DNA from: Eledone cirrhosa | Lineage: Eukaryota | Length of the DNA stretch: 64,000 nt | Assembly: GCA_964016885.1 (NCBI GenBank) | Contig: OZ024741.1 | Location: 190,526,001 to 190,590,000, forward strand | Reading direction: 5' to 3' | Shown here: in pieces, positions 39,721 to 52,607 of the stretch | Numbering within the stretch: position 1 is the first letter of the stretch | How the letters are laid out: every line of letters starts with the position of its first letter | The notes under the pieces: generated by a model | The model's input: only the letters and a program-made list of their open reading frames with translations | Databases searched by the model: none | What the model was told of the DNA's origin: nothing | Translations under genes and position numbers: made by a program

Positions 39721-40174
39721 TATTATATATATATATATATATAGGTGTGTATATATGTCTGTATATATGTATGTGTGTGTGTGTGTATGTATGTATATAT
39801 GTATGTGTGTGTCTGTGTATATGTGTGTGCGCATGTGTGTGTGGTTTTTATTTTGTATTTTAATTCCTTTACCCCTATACCCTTTTACGGTTCATCACCC
39901 CTGCATTCTTGTATTGCCTTATCTCCCTAATGCTTACTTCAAACAATGTGCCAGCAGACATCAGGCAGATGGGTCGACACGCATGGATACCTGCAACAAC
40001 TTGACCAAGATAGAGATAATAGCCACTAAATTATAAGAAGACCTCAACTGTGATCTGATAGAAAACAAACCAACAAGTGAATAGGGTGAAATATCACTAT
40101 GACAGAATTTGTGGTCGCATCTAAGAAGGAATCGGGAAAATATTCAAACACTCTCAGACGCGAGTCTACATATT

Positions 40175-40268
40175 AAAACATATCTGAGGAGCTTCCAATT
40201 CCAGAGACAGATTCAACCATCAATAGGTCATTCCTCGAGCTGATCAACAGTGAAACATATGTAACTAA
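40175..40268 (+). ncRNA. Degenerate type I hammerhead motif (long stem II)
   Basis: CTGAGGA at 40184-40190, gct...agt closing stem II, GAAA-c(atat)g-TA at 40252-40263. The 3' strand of stem I is degraded in this copy. Confidence 0.45.
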
Positions 40269-40319
40269 GTATGTATATGATGTAACACTGATTCTTTGTT
40301 CCCTTATATATTAATACTA

Positions 40320-40364
40320 AATATATATATATATAAACATACACACATATATATATATAAACAT

Positions 40365-40404
<40 letters not shown>

Positions 40405-40444
40405 CTAAACATACACACACACACATATATATATATATAAACAT

Positions 40445-40475
<31 letters not shown>

Positions 40476-41620
40476 AACATGCACACCCAGACACACATAT
40501 ATATATATATAAACATACACACATATATATATATATATATATATAAAAACATACACACATATATATATATATAAACATACACACACATATATATATATAT
40601 AAACATACACACATATATATATATATATAAACATATACACATATATATATATATATATAAAGATATACACATATATATAAAGATATACACATATATATAT
40701 ATAAACATACACACATATATATATATATAAACATACACACATATATATATATATAAATATACACACACATATATATATATAAACATACACACATATATAT
40801 ATATATAAACATACACACATATATATATATATATAAACATACACACATATATATATATATAAACATACACACATATATATATATATAAACATACACATAT
40901 ATATATATATAAACATACACACATATATATATATAAACATACACACATATATATATATAAACATACACACATATATATATATAAACATACACATATATAT
41001 ATATATAAACATACATATATATATATATATAAACATACACACACATATATATATATATAAACATACACACATATATATATAAACATACACACATATATAT
41101 ATAAACATACACACACATATATATATAAACATACACACACATATATATATATATAAACATGCACATATATATATATAAATATAAACATACACATATATAT
41201 AAACACATATATATATATAAACATACACATATATAAACATACACACATATATATATATATATATATAAACATACATATATAAACATACACATATATATAA
41301 ACATACACACATATATATATAAACATACACACATATATATAAACATACACACATATATATAAACATACACACATATATTTATATATAAACATACACACAT
41401 ATATATATATAAACATACACACATATATATATATATATAAACATACACATATATAAACATACACACATATATATATAAACAAACACACACATATATATAT
41501 ATAAACATACACACACATATATATATATAAACATACACACATATATATATATATAAACATACACACATATATATATATATATATGCACACATACACATAC
41601 ACACACATATATATATAAAA
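40320..41620. repeat. Complex (TA)n-aaacatacacaca microsatellite/minisatellite
   Basis: Directly visible. Confidence 0.95.
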
Positions 41621-42788
41621 GTGAAGACACATCACTCTTTGTAATTATCAGTATTAACACTATCTGTAAATAAGGCTCACCCTATTTCCTACACTCATCA
41701 ACAGTCAAATACCAATCAGTTAATATGTGTGTGTATATAAACATGTGTGTGTGTGTATATGTGTATACACATACACACACTCTCAATACCTAAAATATCA
41801 CAGTCCCATTCTGTATTATCTCTTTCTATCACTTCACTACTGTTTCATCTATCCCTGTGTATGACTTTAATATGACTTTAAAATTTACACACACAAACCT
41901 ACAGACACTGCATCTTCTATGTCAGTCATGTTGCTACAATAAGTAGTTTGCTTTCCAATTACAAGATCCTGGGTTCTAAACCTTATCTTTGTCTCTGTAA
42001 ATAGTTATTTCTTCAAAGATACCCCTCATACACTTAATCTCGTATGTCATTTGTACATATATGCTGAACATTTATATAATTATATTGTAGAAATATATTA
42101 TTGAAATATCATTTTTATCTTTAATCACTTTCACTTATTAGTAATCAACATAAGTTACAAGGTTCTTCATATGCAAACATTATTTTATCAAAAAGCAAAT
42201 TTCCTAGTCTGTATGATTGTTCATATATCCAGTAGTCCTGCTCAGCGCTGCCGAAGTTGGTACATTCATACACATTTGGTACCATCTACCCTTAATTTGA
42301 CTTTTCTATACATTTGGTATCTACCATGTCTGGATTTGTTGGTACGTTTTAGAAATTGAACTTGCTTTGTAAATTTGGCTTAATTTATATACTAAAATCA
42401 CCATTTAATGATTTACCATTTATCAGCTATAACAACTTTTATGTTGAAAAATTATCCATTAAATGTATTTGCCCGTCAAATCTCACTTGACATCAATACT
42501 CTTCTGTGTAGTATTTCAAATCAGTAGCCAACCATCAACTGTATCAGCCTGGTAGCCAATAATAACACACTATTTGCTTACAATTGATCAGTGGTCGTTT
42601 TACTTGAATAGATTCTACTGACAATATGCAAGGACATCTAAATATAGATAGATTAAGATGAATTCTCGGAAGACAACCGTATCAGTTCAGTTTAAGCAGT
42701 TGTGTCATAGCGTGCAGTGTGCTTTGGGAGTGTTACCTTTCAATATATGAACTGTTTTGCATTTTTGAGAAACATTTAAAACCCATTA

Positions 42789-44950
42789 TGAGTGGAAAAA
42801 AATTGAATTTAGAATATCATTCTGATACTGATGAAAATGACACACCTTAGAAAAAAAAACTGAAATCCACTTTCTATGAAAAAAAGTTCCATCAAAATTA
42901 TTAAAAGCAAAAAATGTTCATCATAGTTGGAATTGAGTAAATTGAATGCAAGTAAAGGCTACTGTAAATTGTGCAATTGTGAAATAACTGGTAGACTCAG
43001 TCAAATAGTAAAGCGTAAAGAGACAGAAAAACATCAAAAGAATGCGAAAGTGGTGAAACAAACAGATTTCATAAAGCCTGCTCAATGTTCTGCTCACTTA
43101 ACAAAAATAGCATCAGCAGAGCTGAAACTGTGCAGGTTTATTACAACCTACCCATTGCTATGTTGGCCTTATTGCCAAAGTATGCTCTGATTCAAAGTCA
43201 TCACGTGTGCAAGAACGAGATGAAATTGCATTTTTCAAATGTGATCTCTCTCCATGCTTCAATGATTTATTGTCTAAGCTAAATTCAGCAAAAGTTCTCC
43301 CGTATTGTAGATGAAACAACAGACACTTCTACCAACAAGTAAGTTGTTCTAGTAGCCAGATATTGCAACTCTGAACTGTAAAAGACTGTGGATGAGGTTT
43401 TGATGCTTCTGGAAATTATAGACTGCAGTGCACTTGGCATTTACAATTCATCATCATCATCATTTTACGTCCGCTTTTCCCTGCTTGCAAGGGTGGGACG
43501 GGAACAGATTCTGGCTTGATTTCTACAGCTGGATGCCCTTCCTAACACCAACCTCATTTACAGTGAGTGCTGGGTGCTTTTTTTCCGTGGCGCCTCCACG
43601 GCCACTTTGCAGTGGAATGATAGGGACCCCAGTCCCTATTATCTCATTTCTACAGCTGAGTAAACTGGAGCAATGTGAAATAAAGTGTCTTGCTCAAGGA
43701 ATCAACACATCACCTGGTCTGAGAATTGAACTCACAACCTTTCGATTGCAAGCCCAATGCTCTAACCTCTAAGGCATGTGCCTCCAATTGTCTACAATAA
43801 TTTTTTATTGAAAATAATATCCCCCTTGAAAACTTAAGATTTGCCAATGTTAAAATGGGAAGTAGAGGAGTTCAACATATGTCGAAGCAGAAAAATCCTG
43901 ATATATTTATACAGCTTTGTGCTTGTCATTCCTTATATCTGTGTGCTTCTAAAGTCTGCAATGGACTACCATATCATTTGGAAGAATTAGCAAGAAATAT
44001 TTTTCATGCCTGAGTAACAGTCCAAAAACATTACAAATATCAGTCCTCACAAAACTCTTTGTATTAATAGCACAAAATGGCTTTCTTTGAAATAATTATA
44101 TAAAGAATCTTTGTGCATTGACCAGCATTTTTGTCATATTTCACAATGGCAGCATTGGAAGATGGTATTCCAATGATGACTTCCAAAATATTAAGGGAAT
44201 TACAAAGCCCCATGACAAAAATCTATTTTGCTTTTCTTGCTTGTTTTACTGGACAATGATGAACTTAATTTGGAGTTACAGGCAGAAACATATAGAATTC
44301 ATAAATGACAAAAGTCTATTAACACCAGCTAATTTCAGTAACTTCATCAAAAGAGAGTTATTGAAACTGAATGATATCATTAAAGTAAATGTGAATGATC
44401 CTTCCACATACCTTAAAATAGAAGACATCTATTATGGTTTCACTGCAGAAAAGTATTTTGATAGAGAACCCTGCCACCATTTCCCAAAAGGAGTTTCAAG
44501 TAAAAATATTGAGTTTCTATATGTGCTTTTCAAAACAAATGATACAACTTTAGAGCTACTTGAAGCTTTAGACTTGACCAATGTTATGATTCTAAACCAA
44601 AATCGATCACACCATTGGCAATGAAATTTTCCAGTCTTGTGCATGAAGACGAATATCAACAAATAAATAGAGAATGGAGGGAATTGACTCTGCAAGAATC
44701 ATCTCTTAATGCACAAAATGAGTCTGAGAAATACTGGTTTCTTGTTTCTCAAGAAAAATGTGGTGACATATATCGTTACCCATTACTATCTAAGTTCATG
44801 ATACAACTTCTTTCATTGCCACATTCTTCAGCAGCGATAGAAAGAGTTTTGTCCCTTTTCAACAACATAGAAACAAAAATTGCAATGCTTTAAAAACATC
44901 AATATTTAATGTCTAGCTAAGATCAAAGTATCTGCAAAATGTTGACTGCA
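42789..44950 (+). mobile_element. hAT-superfamily transposase fossil
   Basis: Zn-finger-like GYCKLCNC...H; IVDETTD; CACHSLYLCAS; C-terminal dimerisation motif YPLLSKFMIQLLSLPHSSAAIERVLS. Many frameshifts, interrupted by a SINE at 43448-43786. Confidence 0.85.
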
Positions 44951-45357
44951 CTAAGTGGCATCGACAACAGCAACTTTGTCTCAAACTGGTACAGCTAGAG
45001 TGTGTAGCTCAGAGATCAGAGAGTCACTCCAGGTAGGATCGTTACTTCTCTGAATTGAGAGATCACAGCTCTGACATTATGGGCATGTAGTTAGAATGTC
45101 TCAGGAAAGAATCGCTGGACAGATTTTACGGGCAAAACCAACTGGCAAGAGACCCAGAGGTGGATCCCGAGAAAGATGGTTGGATAACATCCATGAGCTT
45201 GGTTGGTCTCGCTTGGGGGATCCAGCCGGGTCAGCTGAAGACAGTTGTTTCTGACAGGAACGGCTGAAAGGAGTGTTTGAGGACTCTGCCTTAATGACCC
45301 TCTCAGAAATAAGTGGAAGGAGAAAGAGGAGGAGGAGGAGGAGGAGGAGCAGAAGAA

Positions 45358-45429
<72 letters not shown>

Positions 45430-47098
45430 AGAAATGTTATATAGTTGTAATGCTTAAGTGCCAGATTCCACTGCTCAGCTGATAGCCCTCTGTGCAGTAA
45501 TACACTGTGGGCACCATGCTTTGCAAACAGGGATCTCTGGACCTCGGCATCATTTTCATCCAGCCAATCTCTGTAACAGGCATATCCTGGTATTTCAGCA
45601 GCCTTTTGGAAACCTTAATTTTAAAACTCTTCCCATGTTGTTGTATCTTCAATACTGGATAAATGATTCTGAATATCTTGTCACACCACTAAAGTGTCTT
45701 AACTGACATTTACATATTTTAAGAAGGATTTTATTTCCATGTGCAGTTTACCTCCTGACAATCCAGTTTCTACTAATTTTTAGATGCTGAAGGTAGACAG
45801 CAAACTATGGTTAAGGAATTGGGAGTCTAATACAGGAAACATTGCCGTATTGTTGTCAGTTTGGTGAACTGAGGTGATGTAGAATGAAATGTCCTGTTCA
45901 AGGACAATGAAACACATGCAGTGGATATGAATGCATGACTTTTATAGGTGTTGTATTTTAAAGGAAACTATTATATATTATGTGCTCTAAGACTATTATA
46001 TGATATAAGTGCATTATGTAATGACATCTGATATGTAGGGAATGCTTTAGAGGGTGAGAAGAAAGAACATTTAATGATGTTCTCAGTCAAGTTAATATGT
46101 GATAACAATTCTACAGAATTCCAATGCATTATTTCACAAGAGCCCACATCAAAATAATGAATCTAAATTGCTATATCAGATGATTTTTTTCTATAGCAAA
46201 TTCAATTCATCAGACTGACAAAAGATTTCTAAATCCAGTGTTAACTGTATTGTAAAGTAAACTGAAAATGTTAAATCATGGTATCTTTTGAAAACAAATT
46301 ATGCTTATGTTTTGTGTATAAACACTTGTCAAACATTATGATTCAGCTTGTATATGTGGAAGGGGAGGGGTATTTTAACACTTTATACTAACAAAATCTA
46401 CCAATATTAACTCTAAACATCCTATACCACATTAAAGTGCATGAGCAAAACATTCTTGAAAAGTATAAAACAGCACTGTGGCTGCATCACATTAAACATT
46501 CTTTAGTCAAATACTGTAAATGTTTACAATGATCTACCTACTAGTAAAGATACTATAAGCATTTGAATTAACATACCGATTTTTAGACATTTTCTGATAA
46601 ATCATTACAAGATGTTAAAAGTTAAGTTGTTAGTCCTTATCTCTTATGCTATTACATAAAGAGGGCAGGGGGTAGAATAGCTTCAACATGAATTGACTTG
46701 AGATTTGAAACTTCTGGTGGAGAACTTAGCCATGAGAAATTTATGAGAAGGCAACAGTTGATTATATTTAATACAAATGGTACATATTATTTCAACTTTT
46801 GAAAGACAAAAGGTAAAGTTGATATTGATGGGATTTGAATTCAAAACATTAACAGATGTAACTAAATACCACAAGCCATTCTGTCTGTCACTCTAGCAAT
46901 TTTACCAAATATCGGAGACAACAAAAAATAAAAGGTTACATTATAAGCTGCCTACAGTGAAAATAAAAAAAAACCCATTGCAGCTCACACCTATGCCAGT
47001 TTAGCTGGCATAAAAAAATACAAGGTTGCATCTTATAGGTTTCCTGGCCGTTTTAATGATAGGGATCCCAATATTATAAATATATGAAAAAAATTATA

Positions 47099-47278
47099 TA
47101 TATTTGAAAAAGGAAAAGAATGACTTCACTTGTAGTTGGTGTTCTAAACAACTTAATTTTATAATTTTACAATTATAAAATTTTGCTAAACAAAATTGTA
47201 AAATTGTAAAATTATAAAATTAAATTATTTAGAACACTAACTACAAGTGAAGTCATTCTTTTCCTTTTTTCAAATATA
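47099..47278. repeat. AT-rich palindrome (about 88-bp arms)
   Basis: tatatttgaaaaaggaaaagaatgacttcacttgtagtt... mirrored by ...aactacaagtgaagtcattcttttccttttttcaaatata. Confidence 0.9.
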
Positions 47279-48529
47279 CCTAACTGTACCAATGATTTCA
47301 CGCATTTTCTATATATATATGTTGTTACAGCTCACACTTACGCAGGTTTAGCTCATCTACAAGGTTGCATCTCAGGATTTTTCTCAAGTATTTTAACGAT
47401 GGAGACCTGAGTTCTATCATGAAAAGCAATGTGAAATGAAGGATCTTGCTCAAGAATATAATGCACTGTCTGGTCCAGTAATCAAACCCATGACCTTATC
47501 AGCTTCAGTCCAACCCCAAGCTATGTGCCTCCATGCCTACAGTAAAGAGAACATTTTCAAAAAAAAAATAGACATCTAAAGATGAAAATGGTGAAATTAA
47601 TATGATTAAGTTTGAGGAAATAATAGTTTGTTTTAATATAGACAACAGTGGTTCTTATTAATAACTCATTATGTGTGAAGTAAATCGCACATGGATATAG
47701 GTCTTGGCTTCCATGTCTCTTATACCACAAGTTTATATATCTGCCAGAAGGAAAACACACAGGTTATTCTTAAACCCTGGCCAACATTTCCAGCAGAAGA
47801 AAACAAAAATTTACAGCAGGCAATTTTATTAACAAAGTAACTCTTTAATTAATACAAATGTTAGTTAACTATGACCTGACAAAGTAGTCTTATAGCAGAC
47901 AGTTGGCATTAGTTCTAAAGTTTTAATTGGGAAGTTTTTCGCAACAGAGAGATAAGTCTTTAGCTAAGTACTAAACTCAACAATTTTCAAGTAGACAGAA
48001 TATTTAAAGTTTGCACCGGAAACAAATCATTAATCACAACATAACTATTAAAACAACTTTTGTTACAAAATAGTCACTTAACAATTGACATACATATAGC
48101 AATGGTATGGAAATAAACTTTACTGTATAGAGAGTTATTTAGTCTTGGCTAATCAAGGAGAGAGAAATATTTACAAACCAAATGAGGGAGCTTCTATGCA
48201 GTTGCTCACTCCGCTAAAAATAGAAACAAAATCTCCCTCAAATCATACCCAACAGTCTTAAAAAGAGAAGCACACATTGGATACCACTCAAAAGATGGGG
48301 TGGCTACAGTTGGAATGCCTTTGATCATAAGTCTGTGGTATGGACTAAACTACAATAATCAAAATATTTAAGAAGGCACTAAATTCCAATGAGACTAACA
48401 TGGATAAAGACAACCCAAAATTTACCAGCCTGTATAAAATAAGTACAACTCTCTCACGATCTACTTCCTGACTTCTGCTGATCACGACATTATGTTTATT
48501 TTTAATGTGAGACTTAGAAACAGAAGAGA

Positions 48530-48619
<90 letters not shown>

Positions 48620-48620
48620 G

Positions 48621-48692
<72 letters not shown>

Positions 48693-49710
48693 TGTGTGAG
48701 TATAGCATTTGGAGTAGATCTCTGGACAGCTGATCACGACATTATGTTTATTTTTAATGTGAGACTTAGAAACAGAAGAGAGAGAGTGAGTGTGTGAGTG
48801 TGTGTGAGTGTGTGTGTGTAGCATTTGGAGTAGATCTCTGGACAGGGGATAACCCATAAGACATAACATCAAGCAAGGACACTATCCTTCAACCGATGAA
48901 GCCATAAAAGAACACTATATATATGGAATTTAAGACAGGTTGTCTATGGGAAGTAAACATATATATAGAGAATATCTTGATCATATCACTGATGGGTCGA
49001 TAAAATATTGTTACCTGGGATATACACAACCTCAAGTAACTTAAATATAAGGACCAAAATCACTGACCACAAAAATAGTCTGTGAATTGAAAATTAAATA
49101 AGTCAGACCACTTCAATAGATTGAGATAGTCATCATTATCAGATCAAATTCTTCGACTGTTCTAGTAGTTTCTGAATTGGAGAATAAATCAAATCATATT
49201 AATAGATCGATATGATCATCATTACCAAAACTAAATTTGTCATCTGAGGATTTTCTGTTTAGTATAAGGATAGAAGCCTGTTCAGAGAGACGATGACCAT
49301 CTCAATCTATTGAAGTGATCTGACTTATTTATGACTCTTTACTTTATATTTATCTTCTATTTCTGACTCTATGTTCTGATGAAGTCAGATCAGTTTAATT
49401 AGATTTGGAATCAAAAGAAGGAATTTTGATAAATATATGAAGTAATTCCAATTGAAAGGTGGTCCCATGATACCACAGAAACATCTATACGAGTGCGGGA
49501 CACCGTCCATTTTATATTTTTTAATCCCGTTAGTAAAATAAGTTGGATTACTTTGAATAAATAATGCTTTCTTTGAATATTACATAATTATGTACTAAAC
49601 TCTTGATTAAATATGAATAATTTTATTGCTTATTTCAAAATTCACTTCTTTTAAAATTTTAAAATTTCAACACATCTGGTATATCGCCACCACTACCACC
49701 ACTTCAGCTA

Positions 49711-49784
<74 letters not shown>

Positions 49785-50077
49785 AGGAGGTTATAGTTCA
49801 CTTGAAGCATTGTGTAATGAGGTATAAACGTTTGAATATGTATAATAAAGCCAAAACAATGCAGGTATGGACATAGAAAAAGAATGCAATTGCAAAAGAT
49901 ATTGTTGACAAATTGTCTTTTACCTTAGATTTATATATAAGCAAAAGGGATATTTAATTTGTTGGTAATTCAACAAATATATATATGTTTATAACTGATT
50001 CGAAGCACTCAACAGATTTCTGGAGTATAATATCAATGATATTAAATAAATGGAAACTATATTTATAAAACCATATT

Positions 50078-50138
50078 TATTCTATTATATATATTTCAAG
50101 GGTACCAAAACTTTGGTACGCTCTCATCAGATAAAATA
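50078..50138 (-). ncRNA. Type I hammerhead ribozyme motif (minus-strand copy)
   Basis: Exact reverse complement of 50242-50302. Confidence 0.82.
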
Positions 50139-50241
50139 CAAAGTTTGTTTTATAAATATTGACATATCCAGGAAGATCTTAACGGTTCAAGTTTTTGTTA
50201 AGATCTTCCTGGATATGTCAATATTTATAAAACAAACTTTG

Positions 50242-50302
50242 TATTTTATCTGATGAGAGCGTACCAAAGTTTTGGTACCCTTGAAATATATATAATAGAA
50301 TA
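50242..50302 (+). ncRNA. Type I hammerhead ribozyme motif (plus-strand copy)
   Basis: tattttat-CTGATGA-gag.gtaccaa(agtt)ttggtac.ctt-GAAA-t(atat)a-TA-atagaata. 8-bp stem I, palindromic minimal stem III, predicted cleavage after 50294. Confidence 0.82.
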
Positions 50303-50343
50303 AATATGGTTTTATAAATATAGTTTCCATTTATTTAATATCA

Positions 50344-50385
<42 letters not shown>

Positions 50386-50734
50386 GAGTGAGAACGAAAG
50401 AGATTGTGTGTGTGTGAGTATATGAAAAGAGAGGTACGGATAGATAAGTGACTATGTGACAGATATATATATATATAGAACTTTTGTTTTCATACGATTC
50501 AGCCGCGCGTTGTGCTTTCACAGAGATGAACTTAGCTGTTCATCCTTCCAGGGTCAATAAAGAACCAATACAGATGGTGAACTGGCAGAACCTGTCTCAA
50601 TTCTTGGTTAGGATTATTGCTGAACTACACTGGTAAACTGTGTTTTGACATGTTTTCTATGACTCAATAGCCGTCCTACCAATAACCACTTTACAGAGTG
50701 CACTAGGAGCAAACTACAACATTTTATCATATAT

Positions 50735-51837
50735 ATATGAGGAATTCCAGATACAAGTAGGAGTACATCAGGGTTTGGTCCTCAGCCCACTCTTGTTCAT
50801 TATAGTCCTTCAAGCCATAACGGAGGAGTTTAAGACTGGCTGCCCATGGGAACTTCTCTATGCTGACGATCTGGTACTTATAGCAGAAACAGTAGAGGAG
50901 CTAGAGAAGAAATTCTGGCTATGGAAACAGCAGTTGGAATCAAGAGGACTGAGAGTGAACCTAGCTATGACTAAGGTGTTGATAAGTAGCAAAGAGGACA
51001 ACACTCTGATTCCATCAGGGAAATGGCCATGTTCGATATGTAGGAAAGGAGTTGGCATAAATTCTATAAAATGTACACAATGCAGATCTTGGGTACACAA
51101 GAGATGTAGTGGGATAGCAAGCAAACTAACAGGTAGGGAAAACTACATATGCAGTAGATGTTCAGGGAAATTTGACAGTAGAAGTCGCAGTGATAGACAC
51201 ATTTTTCAAAAGCAGGTAGGATCTATAGAGGTGGTTGATTACCTCCGATACCTAGGTGATCAGATTAGTAAGGGAGGAAGGTGCTCCAAGGCCATAGTAT
51301 CTAGAATAAGGACGGGTTGGAAGAAGTTTAGGGAGCTGCTTCCTCTGTTGACAAAGGCCCAGTTATATGATACCTGTGTGAGATGCGCAATGCTGCATGA
51401 TAGTGAGACATGGGCAGCAACTGTGGAGGATATGCGACGGTTGGAGAGAATGAAGCAAGCATGTGCCGTTGGATGTGCAATGTCAATGTGCGTGAATGAC
51501 CAAGCATAGACGGTTGAAAGAGACACTGTGTATAAGAGGGATAGAATGTAGTGTGCAGGAGAGAAGGCTGAGATGGTATGGGCATGTGATGTGCATGGAG
51601 AATGACCACTGGGTAAAGAAGTGCCAAGAAATCCCAGTAGAAGGAAGATGCAGTAGAAGGAAGACGCAGTCGAGGAAGACCACAAAAAACATGGGTGGAG
51701 CTGGTGAGAGCAGACCTCAGATCGCTGAAGCTCATGGAGGAGATGACAAAGGACCGTAACGAATGGAGAGGTGCCATGCTGAATAGGTCCCGTCCCACCC
51801 TTGCAAGCAGGGTAAAGCAGACTATGATGATGATGAT
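50735..51837 (+). mobile_element. RTE-clade LINE 3' half
   Basis: VLSPLLFIIVLQAITEEFKTGCPWELLYADDLVL, a PHD-like CSIC...CTQC...VHKRC insert, RRLRWYGHV and a (GAT)n tail. Confidence 0.92.
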
Positions 51838-52607
51838 ATATTCTTATTCTTTTCCGGATTTCAATCGCTGGACTGTTTCAGTTTCAGAAAGTTTGATGAA
51901 ATGCCTTGCAATATTTGTCCAAACTTTGTTTTCAAATCCTACTGTGGCTTACTTGGACAGCAGATAATTTATGTTGTTTGGAATAACACTCCCACTTGGT
52001 CCTTGGGTGCCTTTATGTTGTAAGCATGTAGACCAAGTCTCTGATTTGAGGATATCTTTCTCATTTCATGGAGGCCCTGAAACAAATCAAAGGCACTGGC
52101 TTTCCCCCCCTAACTAAACAGTAAAAAAAGGTTTCCTACATTAAGACAAAAACTACAGATCAAAAATTAAAATCATTTCAAGTTTAGAACGAAGTCTTTA
52201 ACATTTTTGTTATATTTCTAATGATAGACACTGTTGATAATTTTCAAATAATTCTGAAAATAATCAAGAATTTGTAGTGATTTAGTAATATAGCTAATTT
52301 TCTCATTATCGTTTACCATCCTGTAATGATTTAGAAGAAAATATCCAAAAATGGATTTGTTAATTTCTTAGCCATGTCTATGTAAATATTTTTGTAAACA
52401 TTTAGTGCGTTATCTCAATCTTACATATATATCTCACTACAATATTCAGTTTTTCATGATGTTATAGAATAAAAAACAACCAGATGTTTAACATTTTGTG
52501 TAGGGGAGGGTTTATTTAATTTTTAATGCTTTATTTTTCTTGAATAATTAACTTTAGTTTTTAAACTTGGCACTGTGTGTTCAGAGCAATATTTGTTCAG
52601 CAAGCAA

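Larger units (their letters stand above)
49987..50345. mobile_element. (TA)n-flanked ORF-less fold-back element (inverted Penelope pLTR pair) with a hammerhead on each strand
   Basis: Arms 50035-50183 and 50197-50345 read as exact reverse complements around a 13-nt spacer. The left arm has an extra tail of about 45 nt. Same family as 16800-16945. Confidence 0.85.

Noticed and set aside
35736-41660. YIYI/CVCM-rich ORFs
   Set aside because: Translations of (TA)/(TG) microsatellites.
45437-45706. Short ORFs on both strands downstream of the hAT fossil
   Set aside because: No recognisable motif or splice-consistent link to NCKAP1.
49370-49500. CTGATGA at 49376 with a distant GAAAC as another hammerhead
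   Set aside because: No convincing stem I or stem II closure; at most a decayed relic. The same applies to CCGATGA at about 48893 and CTGAGGA at about 49243.
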